From NCBI RefSeq assembly GCF_009914755.1, contig NC_060926.1: 64,000 bases of DNA; one strand, 5' to 3'. This stretch comes from the human T2T-CHM13v2.0 reference genome, Homo sapiens. The notes under the pieces were generated by a model. That model did no database searches. It had not been told where the DNA came from and saw only the letters and a program-made list of their open reading frames with translations. Numbering within the stretch: the first letter of the stretch is position 1; the number at the start of each line of letters is the position of its first letter. A program made the translations under genes and the position numbers. This document shows positions 1 through 12,987 of this stretch, piece by piece.

Positions 1-1246
1 AGTCACTAAACAATATGACACCACTGATGCTAACTTTTAGAAAAAAGCAAGAAGGTAGCCTACTTTTGACACAGGTGCCTATAGAGGATATACTTTTATT
101 GATAATTTTTATACACAGAGGTGATTGTGATTCACAAAAAATTATAGTCAATTTCAGTTGCAGTATGTTAAATTGGAAGTCAAATTTTAGTGATCCGAAT
201 TGAATTTCAACATAATCTAGAATTTGTAGGACACTAAGGACATGTTACAACTGTGTTATTTGCCTTAGTGATATAGTATTTGATGCATGATATTTCAGGA
301 AATATTTTATTAAACTCAGATTCTGTAAAAGCTGTAAAATGAAGGACTAAAACCACTGATGGTGAAATAGGATCTTGAGCAAATCAGATCTTATGAGTCT
401 TGTTTTGAAACAGTTAAAGGGTGTAAGATGTGTGCTTTGACTGTGCAACCAAAACAGTGCAATCCCAATAAACATTAATCTGCAGGGAATTTTCAAAAAG
501 GAGAAAGGTTACCCAAGGATAACATAGAACTAAAACATCATGGCTTTCACTGGGAGAAGATACTTTCTTCTTCATGCTGTTAGAATGTTAAGAGAATGAA
601 ATCTTCCCATTCATTTGGTAATGGGACATTGATTATAACATTGGTAGCTGCTTGTAGCTTAATTCGATCTGAATCTTTGTAAAATTTCAAACTAGTATTA
701 AAGGGGCATTAATTTTACAGATTTTTTCTTTTTAAATAAGGAAAAGTTACAAGCATATGTACAGCAATACCATGTATTAAAAATATATGAAGATATCAAT
801 TAGTTACTACTAAAATTGTTAAAAAGTCATCTGTGAATAGTCTTTTGCAAGATTTGGCTCCCTCTCAAATATCTTCTGAAAATCTTTGTGAAAAATTATT
901 ATTCAACAGTATCAGTCCCTACTGCTTGTACAATTCTGTAATAGAAATGCTGAATATTAGAAAATGAAAACAAAAAGCCTCTCCCAGCTTTTGGGGAGCT
1001 TTAAATTTAATGTAAAAGTTGGAAGGTACACACATCTAAAACTGTTCACAAACTGAAATAAGTGAAAATGCAATGCAAGTGATATATGTAAGTGCCGAAT
1101 TGGATTCACAGTAATGGAATGATCAGCGAGGCTAATAAAAGACAACTCTGCAAAAACTGTATATTGAGCAGGATTTTCAATAAAGAGAACAGTGTAAATT
1201 GAAAGAGAAGAAGAAATTCTGCCAACTGTAACATATGTACCTGAGC

Positions 1247-1377
1247 TATACACACACGCAATCTGATATATATGCATATACATGTATACATATGCATATA
1301 TGATATACATATATATCAGGTATATAAATATATGTGTATATACAGGTATCTATGTATATAAGATATATATGTGTATC
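1247..1377. repeat. (TA)n/(TATG)n degenerate microsatellite
   Basis: Visible run gatatatatgcatatacatgtatacatatg... Confidence 0.85.
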
Positions 1378-1701
1378 TCTCTGTCCCTGTCTCAGGCACA
1401 GGTAAAAGAAAACCCATAGCTGATGCAGATGTGGGAAGGGTAATCAATTATCTCTGAGTAATAGGTAGAAAACCCTGGGAAGAAATAAGCATGGAAAAGT
1501 GTAGTTACTTACTGTGTCTAAGCCTTGGCAGCTAGATAGCTTGAGACTCAAGGAGGAATTTTATCTTTCCTATGATGATGGTGGCTATGAAGAGAAATAA
1601 ATCAATTTTTATTGTTTTACTGAATGCATTGTTTAACTTTGTAGCTGGGATTGAGACAATGCCACCCTCCATCACCACCAAGCATCCCACCCTCTTTGAT
1701 G

Positions 1702-2569
1702 AGTAGTAGTCAGGTTTTGACCTTGTAATTGAGCTCCTTGAGTCCATGTGACGAAAACTGACTACCCTAAACAAGAGGAAATATATTGGAAAAAAACAAG
1801 GGCTTATAAAATAAATAGGGTGATGATTGAGAATTTAAAAATGAACAGGAATTACGGCAAGATGAGGAAACGAGTCAAAACTGTTTTTCAGAAGGAATAA
1901 GCTAGTCAGGATATAGTTCTGCAAGCAGACATCAGACTTTTCTCATCCTTGGGTCATTTCAGTGAGATTCACACCTCCAAGAGACATTATTGACTAAGCT
2001 TAAGCCTCATTCTTACCCCTACTGATATGGTTTGGCTCTGTGTCCCCACCCAAATCTCATCTCAAATTGTAATCCCCACATGTCAAGGGAGGAACCCAGT
2101 GGATGGTCATTAGATCATGGGGGCATTTTCCCCTGTGCTGTTTTTTGTGATAATGAGTGAATTCTCATGAGATCTGATGGTTTTATAAGGGGCTCTTCTA
2201 CCTTTGCTCCTCACTCCTTTCTTTCCTGCCTCCATATTCCCCTTGCCTTCTGCCGTGATTGTAAGTTTCCTGAGGCCTCCCCAGCCATGTGGAACTGTGA
2301 GTCAATTAAACCTCTTTCCTTTATAAATTACCCAGTCTTGGGTAGCACCTTTATAAGAGTGTGAGAACGAACTAACACACCTACATTTTACCACTCCAGA
2401 GACATATGCGTATCTAGCAACTTTGGCTTTGGTAGTGAGCACTAGGCACCTGGATTTGTCACCCAGGCAAGACCACACACAAAGTAATCCCCCAGAGAAA
2501 ATCACAGGGCTGTTAGGAATGGGGAATGGATGGTGCTTGGACAAATAAATGTTGAGAAATGTCCACTCT
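1702..2569 (-). mobile_element. Old MaLR LTR (MLT1K/J/L-like), split by a THE1 insertion
   Basis: gtagtagtcagg...aaaactgactaccctaaacaagaggaaatatattgg and end ggggaatggatggtgcttggac...aatgtccact resemble MLT1K-type termini. Confidence 0.5.
2023..2379 (+). mobile_element. THE1 (THE1D-like) MaLR solo LTR
   Basis: TGATATGGTTTGGCTCTGTGTCCCCACCC...ACTAACACA with TG..CA ends and a perfect 5-bp TSD CCTAC (2018-2022, 2380-2384). Confidence 0.93.
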
Positions 2570-3458
2570 GTTATCTCTTGATCTTGAGTGGTGGATAGGA
2601 GCAGTTTATCTTAAAGTCCTTGACATCTGTAGCAGCTAATTATCATTTCTTCAAATTCTCATTATATTTTCAAGCAACTTCTTTTCTCCTAAAGAAGTTC
2701 CTAGGTGAAATTGTTCTCTGAGGAAAATAGCACACCCCTCATCACTAAGAATAGAACCTGAGTGTTACTAATTAAGTCCCAATTCTAATTATGTTAATGA
2801 AACTGCAAGGGGACTACACAGCTAGAAGCCCCAGCGCAGTACTATGCCATGCCATGCAGCTGTGGATCTCCTCACAACATGTGAGTTCGATCCGTGACAG
2901 CATTTTACCCTTATTATTTCTCTCGGAAGCAAACTAGGTCTTCATAGCAGTTTTGAAGTTTCCTCAGTTAATATTCTGTTTTCTTTGGACCATTGACCTC
3001 TTAAATTCTGGTACAGTATACCAGAACCCAAGGATACACTCTAGCAATTTCTAAATATTCAATTGTATAGCATACTCTTCAAGCCAGTTTTGAAATTATA
3101 AGAATGGCAAATACAAATACATTTGCCATTTTTTGATATTAAATATTAGTCCTATGTTAAAATATGTAAACTGTGACATCTAAACATACATGACAAAAGA
3201 TATATATGTGTCACCTAACAGCTAAGCTAACACAAATGATTTTTATCACTGGAAGAGGAGCAAGTAATTCCAATAGTATGTTTGGGATTATAGGCAGAAT
3301 TATGATACCCCCCCAAAAAGAAATCCAAAGATGGGATTAGAAAAAGAGTTTGAGTTTTTAATTAGTATTTTAGCAAGGAATGCATAGCCCTCTTTAGGAC
3401 TAAAGAATAATACATTTTTGGTGATACTAAAAAAATACTGAAGATGTAATAGGACTAA

Positions 3459-3835
3459 TGCAATGGACTGAATACTTAGGTCTGCCCTCCGCATTGCCAA
3501 ATTCCTATGTTGAAATCCTAACTCCTAAGGTGTTAGTATTAAGAGGTAGGGCCTGGGGGAGGTGATTAAGTCATGAGGGCAAAGCCCTCATGAATAGGAT
3601 TAGTGCCCTTATAAAAGGCACCCCAGAGAGATCTCCTTCTCCTTCCACCATGCAAGGGTGCAGCGAGAAGTCAACCATCTATGAACCAGAAAGCAGGCCC
3701 TCACCAGACACCAAACCTGCTGGCACCTTTATCTCAGACTTCCCAGCCTTTAGAAGTGTGAGAAATAAATTTATGTTGTTCCTATGCTACCTGGTTTATG
3801 GTACTTTGTTATAGCAGCCCAAATGAACTGAGATA
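3459..3835 (+). mobile_element. MLT1A/MSTD-like MaLR solo LTR
   Basis: tgcaatggactgaat...gccctcatgaataggattagtgcccttataaaag...gttatagcagcccaaatgaactgagata. Confidence 0.88.
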
Positions 3836-4091
3836 ACAGTAACATAATTCTGTTTTGGAAAATGTACTACTTTGGCTGCTTTGGATTATAATTATAACGT
3901 TAAACTCATGTAGTAATGGTTTGAATTGATACAGGAATCCATTCTATTAGAGAGGAGTTATAGGCACAAGATATTTCAAGAAGGAATTTTGAAAACGAGT
4001 CATGACTTTTTCTGTAGCCCATTACTTGTGCTCCTTAATAAGACCTGGTAGTCTATTGGAAGCTATGTGGTTGAAGTATTAGCAGAGCATT

Positions 4092-4174
4092 TAGATAGAT
4101 AGCTACGTAGGTAGGTAGGTAGGTACGTAGGTAGGTAGGTAGGTAGGTAGATAGATAGATAGAGATTGATAGAT
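4092..4174. repeat. Compound (TAGA)n(TAGG)n tetranucleotide STR
   Basis: tagatagatag...gtaggtaggtagg...tagatagatag. Confidence 0.95.
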
Positions 4175-4221
4175 AATATATGTATACTTTGTAATTTAAG
4201 CTTGTATCTAGAAGAAAAAGC

Positions 4222-4773
4222 ATCTATCAATTATTACTACAAAAAGATGCTGTTTAATAAATAATTGCAAAATTGAGTGATTTAAAACAGTAAGCATTTT
4301 TCATTGCCCATGAGTCCACATGTTAGCTGAGCAGTTCTGGTTTTGGCTGGGTTTACTCATGTATCTTTGGGTAGTTTTAGGTCAATTAGGCAGCTCTGCT
4401 GATCTAGGCCGTGTCCTCTCATGTGTTTGGAAATTGATAGGCTATTGGCTGGTTTCATATGACCTTGGCTGGGACAATTGGACTCTCCTTCATAGGATCT
4501 TTTATCCTCCAGCAGGCTAGACCTTGTTCTCATAGTAGTGGGAGAGTTCCAAAGGAGCAAGTAGACACATGCAGGGTCTCTAGAGGCCTCGGTTTAGAAT
4601 GGCACAATATCAATTCTATCACTTCTGTTGGGTAAAATAAGTCAAAGTTAGCCTAGATTCAGGGAGTGGAAAAATACACTCTGCTTTTGATGAAAGGAGT
4701 TTCAAAATTCCATTGCAAAGGGAAAGACTACAAGGACGATAATTGGGGCCATTTTAAACATCAATTTAACACA
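4222..4773 (-). mobile_element. MLT1G/H-like MaLR LTR
   Basis: gatttaaaacagtaagcattt...ggcagctctgctgatct...cctccagcaggctag...cctagattcagggagtggaaaaatacactc. Confidence 0.75.
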
Positions 4774-6531
4774 AAAGACATATAAACGTGTATGCCTAAA
4801 ACTCTGAAATACTATCACAATGTGACTTGGTGCTTAAACAAGTGGAGTTCTAAATCATTTGCAGGGCAATAAAGAAAACATTGCTCCTGGATAGGACAGT
4901 CATCAAAGACGTCTTGGTCAATCTCATTTAAGTGCCATAGTTGGGTGAAGATCTCAGTGCAGAAGGGAGAAAAAAACAGAACTTTACCTTCCCTTGCTGT
5001 AGGTGAGCTTTGGGCATGCTGATTTAGCATTCTCCTCTGCTTCTTTCATACTTCTTTCTGAGAACATGCCTTTAACTTTTGAATCTCTCTCCTGCCTTAA
5101 TAATAACAATAGTTGGAGTGGAATGGCTGAGATTGTAGCTGACCAACTGACAAAATGGAGCAGGTGAGGGTCATGCTAGCCTTCCACCCATGGACAGTAT
5201 CTTAGATGAAAATACTCCACTTTGGAATTGCAAATTGACCTGCATGGTCTCTGCCCTGGTTGCCCTTTTTAGAGTGGAAATATTTAACTTGTTTTTCCAA
5301 TATCTGCAAATGGTTCTAACTCACTAAACCACTACCATCCTGGTTAATAGCTATTGCATGCAGTTGGTTTTCTTAACCAGAATACTTTTTTTTTTTCCAT
5401 TTCAGCATTCCAGAACTTAACCAAAAGTATTTTCAATATGATTACATGGACTTCTTCCCAATATGCTTCTCAAAAGAATTTGCTGTTAATAAAAGGTCAC
5501 TATGTATATCATAGGTAAGCATGCTGTTTTTGGATGCAGCTATGCTAGTGTTCACTGCTAGTTGAATAATCTGCCAGTGGACACACGCTTCACTGACATT
5601 GAATGTTAAGGATTCTCAGTAATCTAAACGTCAAACCTGCCAATATTAGTAACTTGAAGAATGGATCAAGACAGCTTATTTGTTGTTATTTCACATTTAT
5701 AAAACGTCTTAACATTACTATCTTATACTTAAATACAGTTTGTAAATTGATAACAAAATGAGTTAAAAATTACTGGGAAAGTCCTTTTAAGTACCAAAAT
5801 GAAATAAATATTCTTCCATGCTTAAATTTTTATGAGGAATTTTTATTTCCAGCAACTGTAAGGCTGGGCAGCAATGTTTGAAGAAGTTTCAATAAATGTA
5901 AATTGAATAATTTTTTTTTTTGGTTTTATAGATTGTCAGGTGATCAACCAAGTGAGAAGCTTTTATAAATGTGTTGGTTCTTCTCTGAGACATGAGTGTT
6001 TGGGAGAAAGTCCTCCCTTACCCCCTGCCAAGAATCCTGGTAAAACAGAAAATGAAAAAAAAAAAGTGTTGTTTTAGAATTTCATTTAAAAAAGATGCTA
6101 CTATTTAGACCACTCCAGACAATTTAAGTCTTCCTGAATCCAACTGTATTTCTATTCCGTAACAGTTTGCAGGAAGATACTAACCTTTAATTTAGTTGAT
6201 AATATTGAGACCACCTTTGAGATGAAAATCTGGGTGTATTTTTACTTGTATCTATTTACTTGTAGTCTAAGTAAGACATGTTTTTCCTCTTTGCCAAGCC
6301 CAACTATTTTATTATTTTTTTAATAATAATTCTGTATCTTCTTGATTCTCTGGGACTTCTGTTCAAAGAAGTACTTTTTTGTCTTTTATGTTTTCAATTC
6401 CTCTCTCTATGTAGTCCATTCTCTCTGTACTTGCAAACATGTTTAATTTTTTTATTCTTAAAAAACCCTGTGTTCATTTACATTCTATGTTTTTTTTTTC
6501 CTTTTCATTTTCTATCTAACATTTTGGAGTA

Positions 6532-6809
6532 CAGTGGTCCCCTCAGTATTCCCAGGGGACTGATTCCAGGACCTTCTGCAGATACCAAAATCTGTGAATG
6601 CGCAAATCCCTGATACAAAATGATGTAGTATTTGCATATAACCTAAGCACATCATCTCTAGGTTACTCATAATACCTAATACAATGTAAATACTATGTGA
6701 AGAGTTGTAATACTCTATTGTTTAAAATTTTTATTATTTTTATTATTTTTACTTTTGGTCTGCAATTGGTTGAATTGATGCAGAATCCATAGATACGGAG
6801 GGCTGACTA
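6532..6809 (+). mobile_element. MER2 (TcMar-Tigger) non-autonomous DNA transposon
   Basis: TIRs cagtggtccctcagtat / gatacggagggctgacta flanked by TA; internal gtagtatttgcatataaccta. Confidence 0.9.
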
Positions 6810-6819
6810 TATTTTGTAC

Positions 6820-7265
6820 TCACTAACACCAATTTCGTTACCATCTACTAGTTCCTTAAGTCAATAACCCTAACTTCAGACCTGTTACTTACTGGCTCTG
6901 TGTCTGGTTAAATGTCCTTGACTGCCCTAAAACTTCATTTTTAACATAATCAGTCCCCATATTCTGCAACTTGTTTTGGGGCTATTAGAGCCCTCAAACC
7001 ATTTACTATATTCATCTTTTTCTGAAGCTCTGTCTTCCAGTGCAAAACTATCTGGTGCTCCTTCTTGCTTGTTCAGACAGTTCTTTCTTCACTGGCTGCC
7101 TGCAGTTGTCTTTATTCCTCTCTTAGATCAATAGCTTGTCTTACGTCTGGTTTCCCTATTACTGCAGAACTTATCTAAAAACCACGATGAACACTTGAGT
7201 ATATGGTTTATCTCTTCAACTAAATTATAAGATCTCTCAGGGCACAGATGATAATACACGCTTTT
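6820..7265 (+). mobile_element. Degenerate L2 fragments
   Basis: ttttctgaagctctgtcttcc...ctatctggtgctccttc and tatctcttcaactaaattataagatctctcagggcacag resemble L2. Confidence 0.45.
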
Positions 7266-7444
7266 GCCTTTCTGTTTAAACAAGAAAGTAAGACAAGTTC
7301 TCTAGGCTGATGTCACAGTCTTTGACTGAAAGCAGTTCCATTTATTGGCTGGATGCCGATAGAAGGAATGGCTTAGGTTTAATATAGAAAAAAAAATGAA
7401 TCAACCTTGAAAGATCTTCAAGGACGTTTGTGGCATCAAATTCA

Positions 7445-7685
7445 GTATTTTGTAGATAAGGAGTTAGCACTTTGGAGTCAAATTGCCTTACTTCAAATCC
7501 CACACCCAACACCTGTAAGCTATTTGAGCTCAGTCAAATTTCTTCACCATTTTAAGGTTCAGTTTCCTTGTTTGTGAAATGGGAATAATCATAGCATGTA
7601 CTATTAGTGTTTATTGAAATTATCCATGCAAAGCTCTTAGCATAGTGCCTGGCATATGAAAAGTACTCAATAAATGTTAGCATAT
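7445..7685 (+). mobile_element. MIR SINE
   Basis: ctttggagtcaaa...cagtttccttgtttgtgaaatgggaataat...tagcatagtgcctggcata...ctcaataaatgttag. Confidence 0.85.
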
Positions 7686-10229
7686 CAACTTTCTTATCAA
7701 TTTATGTGTATTCTTTTTGGGGTTTGGAGAAGGCCCATTTAATGATAGTTTATTTTAAAATAATATACCAACATGAGGTTTTATTAAAATTAGTTGAGTT
7801 TGGAAAACTTTGTAAGATAGCCATTGTCCTTGTAACATGGGGTATAATTTACTTTGAAGTATAAATGCTTAGAAATTAACAATTGTTTTTTTTTTTTCTC
7901 CTAAGGAAAAAAATAGTATTGGCAAGCTTTCCAGCTTTTGACATTCTTTTAAGATCTTTAAAATACTACAGATCTGATTCAGCCTTCAGACCTGTTACTT
8001 ACTGGCCCTGTATCTGGTTAATTCACATAAATCCTCTTTGGGCTACAAGTTACTTTTACTTAAATCCAAACTAAGAGTGGGGGGCAGGGAAGAGAATACC
8101 AGTCTAATTGCTAAAGTTTCAAGACAGAAGAATGAATTTGCACCTCAAGCTTGGCATCTCTGAGCATGTGAATCAGTCTCAGATACTCATAATCATTGCT
8201 TTGTTTTTTAAAGACCTTTGATTATGAGCAGTATTTAATTACACAGCTGCAAAATTCTTAAGACATTTGATACTAGAAAGAGACAATCTAATAGACATAT
8301 TTACCATCCCTTTGTCTACATTTGCCGAATTCTAGTTGCATCCATTTAGGTCAAAAGGTAAGCTACACATTTGGTATTATCTTAGAGATCTTTTCATCAT
8401 TCATGCTTTCAATGGGTTACAGTGTAATGTGATATAATATTTCAGTATAGAGGATTGACACAAAAATTGTTCATTTAAGCAGTTTTTATGTGCCTTTAAA
8501 AATCATGGCTCAAAGTATTGTTGAAGCTTGGGCTGCAAGCTTCTTGCCATAGTCTAGATTTTAATTCCAGTTAGTATTCTCTACTTCTGATTATGTTTCA
8601 TCTGTAAAATGAGCTTAATGCTCTTATTTCATTTTTTTCTTTAGTAAAAGAAATAGCCCCATGTAAATTCTCCTTTAAATAATCTGCCTTTAATGGTCTC
8701 TGTTCAATTTATATCCTAAAAATGTATTTTGCATATGACCAAGTTGCATTTCTCCCTAAAGTAGGTGAAATCTAATTCTTACTTGAAAAAATGGTATCCT
8801 TTCTCCATATGATTGTTATTCAGTGTTTATTGAAGTATATTTGTTGATTCAAAATGCAAAAAGGGAGTTTTTTAAAGGCAGAGAAGAATAGATATCTAAA
8901 TAATTTTGTCAAGAAAGAATGTGTTTTTGATTAACGTAATAAACATTCTTTGGAAGTAAATGTGTCTAGGAATTGGACAGTAGTATTGTGTAATGTTTTA
9001 TGGTGAAAATAAGTATGTTTATCAAAGAAAAGGTAGATTAAATAAACAGACAAAACCATCAGTCTTGACCCCAAAGAACTGTGGCTAAACCTGGATTCTG
9101 CATTTTTACACTAGTCAGTGACAGCTCATTAAAGGGCTTACACTTGTTTGTCAGGTTATTGGCACTGGTAGTGGTAACCCCAGGGTAATGCCACTATCCC
9201 TTTGCCTAGCTTGTTTGGCTGGTGAAGAATTAATTGTAGAGGGTTATGTATTATTCAATTACCCAAAGTCTTAAATCCTGTATGGCAAAATTCAAGACTC
9301 CCCAGACTGTAACAGCCTCTAAGTGACCTCTGTCTCAAACCTCTTAGGAAAATGTTGGTGTGAAGAACTGATTGCTCTAAGGTGTCTGTAGGGACAGTAC
9401 TTGAAATAGTTTAAATGAGTAACTGTTTTCATCGTTAGAATTAATAGAATTTGTAGGGCCCTGTGCACATCCTGCATATCTGCCTGGAGTAAAATTACTT
9501 TACAAGCTTTAGATAAATGAAAGCTACCCAGAAACTCTCAAGGAAGAGTAGAATATTAGCTGATGAAAATTGTGTGTGGATGTAGGGATTCAGAGCCACA
9601 ATTAATTTACATTTGATTTTAATTGATGACACTCTGATAGATCACAGGGACTTTAATTAAGAAATAAAAATGTAGGCAGATTAGAATATTGGTAATTGGA
9701 AATAGAGGAGTTTTAACTAATGAAGTGTGGCTTTATTAAGTGTTTTGTTCATTTTATAGAAAATGTTATGTAGAACATATTAACAGTTATTTTCACTTAA
9801 AAGAAACACTGATATTTAGAGGATTTAGATTCTTTATTTAGAAATATGTGCTGTGTTAGAAATAATGGTTGTGACTGTAAAGCCCCAAATTGCTTGTAAT
9901 GTTGTGCATGGACTTCTAAACCACTGTGCTTTATTGCAAGCTATCAGAGTTCATCTTTTAGGGACTTTTGGTTCAAACATTTAATAAATGGCTGTACATT
10001 GTTAAGTTTTCCAGGGTAGCTACTTGGATCTCTTGCCTCTGTTCAGCATCTCACTTCAAGTTACTTCTCTCTTTCATTGTCTCTCTAATTTATTTCCTAA
10101 AATGATAAGTGTCAAAAATGACATAGATTGTAATTTGCAGTATTACCTTTGCCATTGTGGATTACTCTCCCTTATAATTACAGCTTATACAGAAACTTGC
10201 TTGATGCTTCCTTGTAATCAGAATAATAC

Positions 10230-10450
10230 TACCTTGTATTTATGCAGTCTTTCTCTTGTGACCTCAAAGCACTCTTGTTAATTGTCACCTCATTCCTATG
10301 AGCAAAGGAGACAGTTGAAGAAAGGGAGGCTTAAGTGTAACCAGGTTAAATGACTTGCCTAGGGTAAAGCCATAATCAGTGACATCGATGGGAAGGAAGC
10401 CAGGTCTCCTGATTCTGGACCAGTTTTCTCTCTTCTGCATCACTCTGCCT
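10230..10450 (-). mobile_element. MIR SINE
   Basis: aggttaaatgacttgcctagggt...agccaggtctcctgattctg. Confidence 0.65.
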
Positions 10451-11531
10451 TGACATTTTTTACTTGTGACATCTGTTTCCATCACTGTCATGCTGTTAAT
10501 TACTTAATATCATTTTACTGCAAGATTTGCTAAAGGGAACAGATACACTCTGAGTGTTTAAAAATATGTTTAATGCAGCATGAGAGAAACAGTGACACTT
10601 TGTGGGGAGGACATGTAGATTCATTTTATTGGATTTTGGTTGCTTGATGAACACTGCTAGTTTCGGGGGGAACACTGGAGGTTTCATGTTTTACCTAAAT
10701 GGTGTTTTTGGAACAGTGCAAATGCATAGAAGTCACTGGTCTGGTTTTCAGATATGCACCTAATAAAGCAAAACATGATCAATTCATTGATTACTCAATT
10801 ACACTCAGTGACGTGTCCCTTGAATTAGCAGATATGCCTCTTTATGCTCAGTTATAGAATGTATAGCTAGGCTTTTAAGGCTCATGCATATTTAAAACCT
10901 GCTTATTAAAATATAGACACTATTACAACCTATTTTCCAGACCTTTTTTATTATTAAAATGTTCTATTTCCCTTTACACACTAACATGTAAAACTAGATC
11001 TCTTGTCTGAACATTCCACATCCCATTCTTCTGAAAAAAGGCAGGGTTTAGAAACAAAGTGGGAACGGGGTAAGTATTTATTAGTCAGTTTGATAATTTA
11101 GGTATACTTAGTGGAAGGGCAAGAGACTTGAAGGGTATATCCATCAAAGTTTTCCCATGATGTTTGGGGCTAATATATATAACTCATTGATTTAATAATA
11201 GAAGAAAACTGATTTAATTGTTCTGAGCACAGATTTATTGACAATGAAGTATAATTTGGTGACTGATAGATCTTATTATTTCTGCCCTCATGCCCTCATT
11301 TAGAACACCTTATTTGTTATATGACGCTTGATTATAACCTGATACCCAGACTTCTGTTAGTCACTGTCATCCCACAGTTTGACTTTTTTACTTTTTGTCC
11401 ATATTTACTATTTTTCATTCTTGTTTTCCCTACTTTTTTTTTTTTTTACATTTCTCTATCCTGTTCACATAAGAACACTTAAGTTTCTCATGTTAGAGTC
11501 TTCTGAGAATGTGTTAAGAATGCAAAAAATA

Positions 11532-12131
<600 letters not shown>

Positions 12132-12799
12132 TTACAGGATTATAGATGGAAAATCAGAGCTGATGGTAGGCTATTGTGAGGCTTTTTCTTTTTAGTTCCC
12201 AGAAAGCCCACCTAAAAACAAATTTCCAATTATTTAATATTAATTGAGTATACATTGTGTACTAGGTTCTGGGAAGGCCCTAAGTGTCTATAAACATGTA
12301 CAGAATGTAAGATTTTGTTCAAAATTTTCTTTGAAGATGGTTATAGATAGTCAGTTTCAGTGGTCTGTTTCCCAGTGTGCTGTAGGAGAGCACTTTTGGG
12401 CTGTTCAGCCTGAAATCCCAGAACACAGTTTTACTCCGCAGCCAGGAAGAGAACCCTGTGCTTCATGCCACTGCTCCAGCTTTCTCACCCAGTGCACGGC
12501 ATGGGCCACGTGCTGTGTGGTCGGGGAGTCATCAGCGGAAACTTTGGTGACTTCTCTGCCTACTGGTAGCAATAGCATTTGAGTAAGAAGGATTCTTCAG
12601 TTTTTTTTCATCCATGGTTTGAAAACAGTACATTACTTATAAATAAATTGACAAAGGTAAAATATTGTTGATCAATCTATTAACATGCCGGCTTATCATC
12701 TTTCTCCCTTCTCATGCACTTTGGACTGTCTCCCTACAGCATTTTTTTCCCTCTTGCTTTTTAAAAATTACAGTTACCAACAACTCATAGGATGGCAAG

Positions 12800-12987
12800 T
12801 ACTGCTTATTTTAATCCTCATAATAATCCCATTGAAAAATAATATTATTGTCCTACTTTTACAGATGATGGAGCATAGCTGTAGAGGTTTTAGAAATGTT
12901 CCAAATTGTACAAGAGATCATGTAGAACCAGGATTTGAACTGAGGATTCTCTGAGTTCACAGTCAATCTCTTAACCACTGTCATATC
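12800..12987 (-). mobile_element. MIR SINE
   Basis: ttttaatcctcataataatccc...ttttacagatgatgga...ccaggatttgaactgagg...ctcttaaccactg. Confidence 0.8.

Noticed and set aside
3103-3130. Short inverted repeats of 8-10 bp (here, 30541-30560, 47045-47071)
   Set aside because: Several are expected by chance in 64 kb of AT-rich DNA
6874-8021. CRISPR-like reading of the 38-bp direct repeat
   Set aside because: Only two copies 1.1 kb apart in primate DNA; no array and no cas genes
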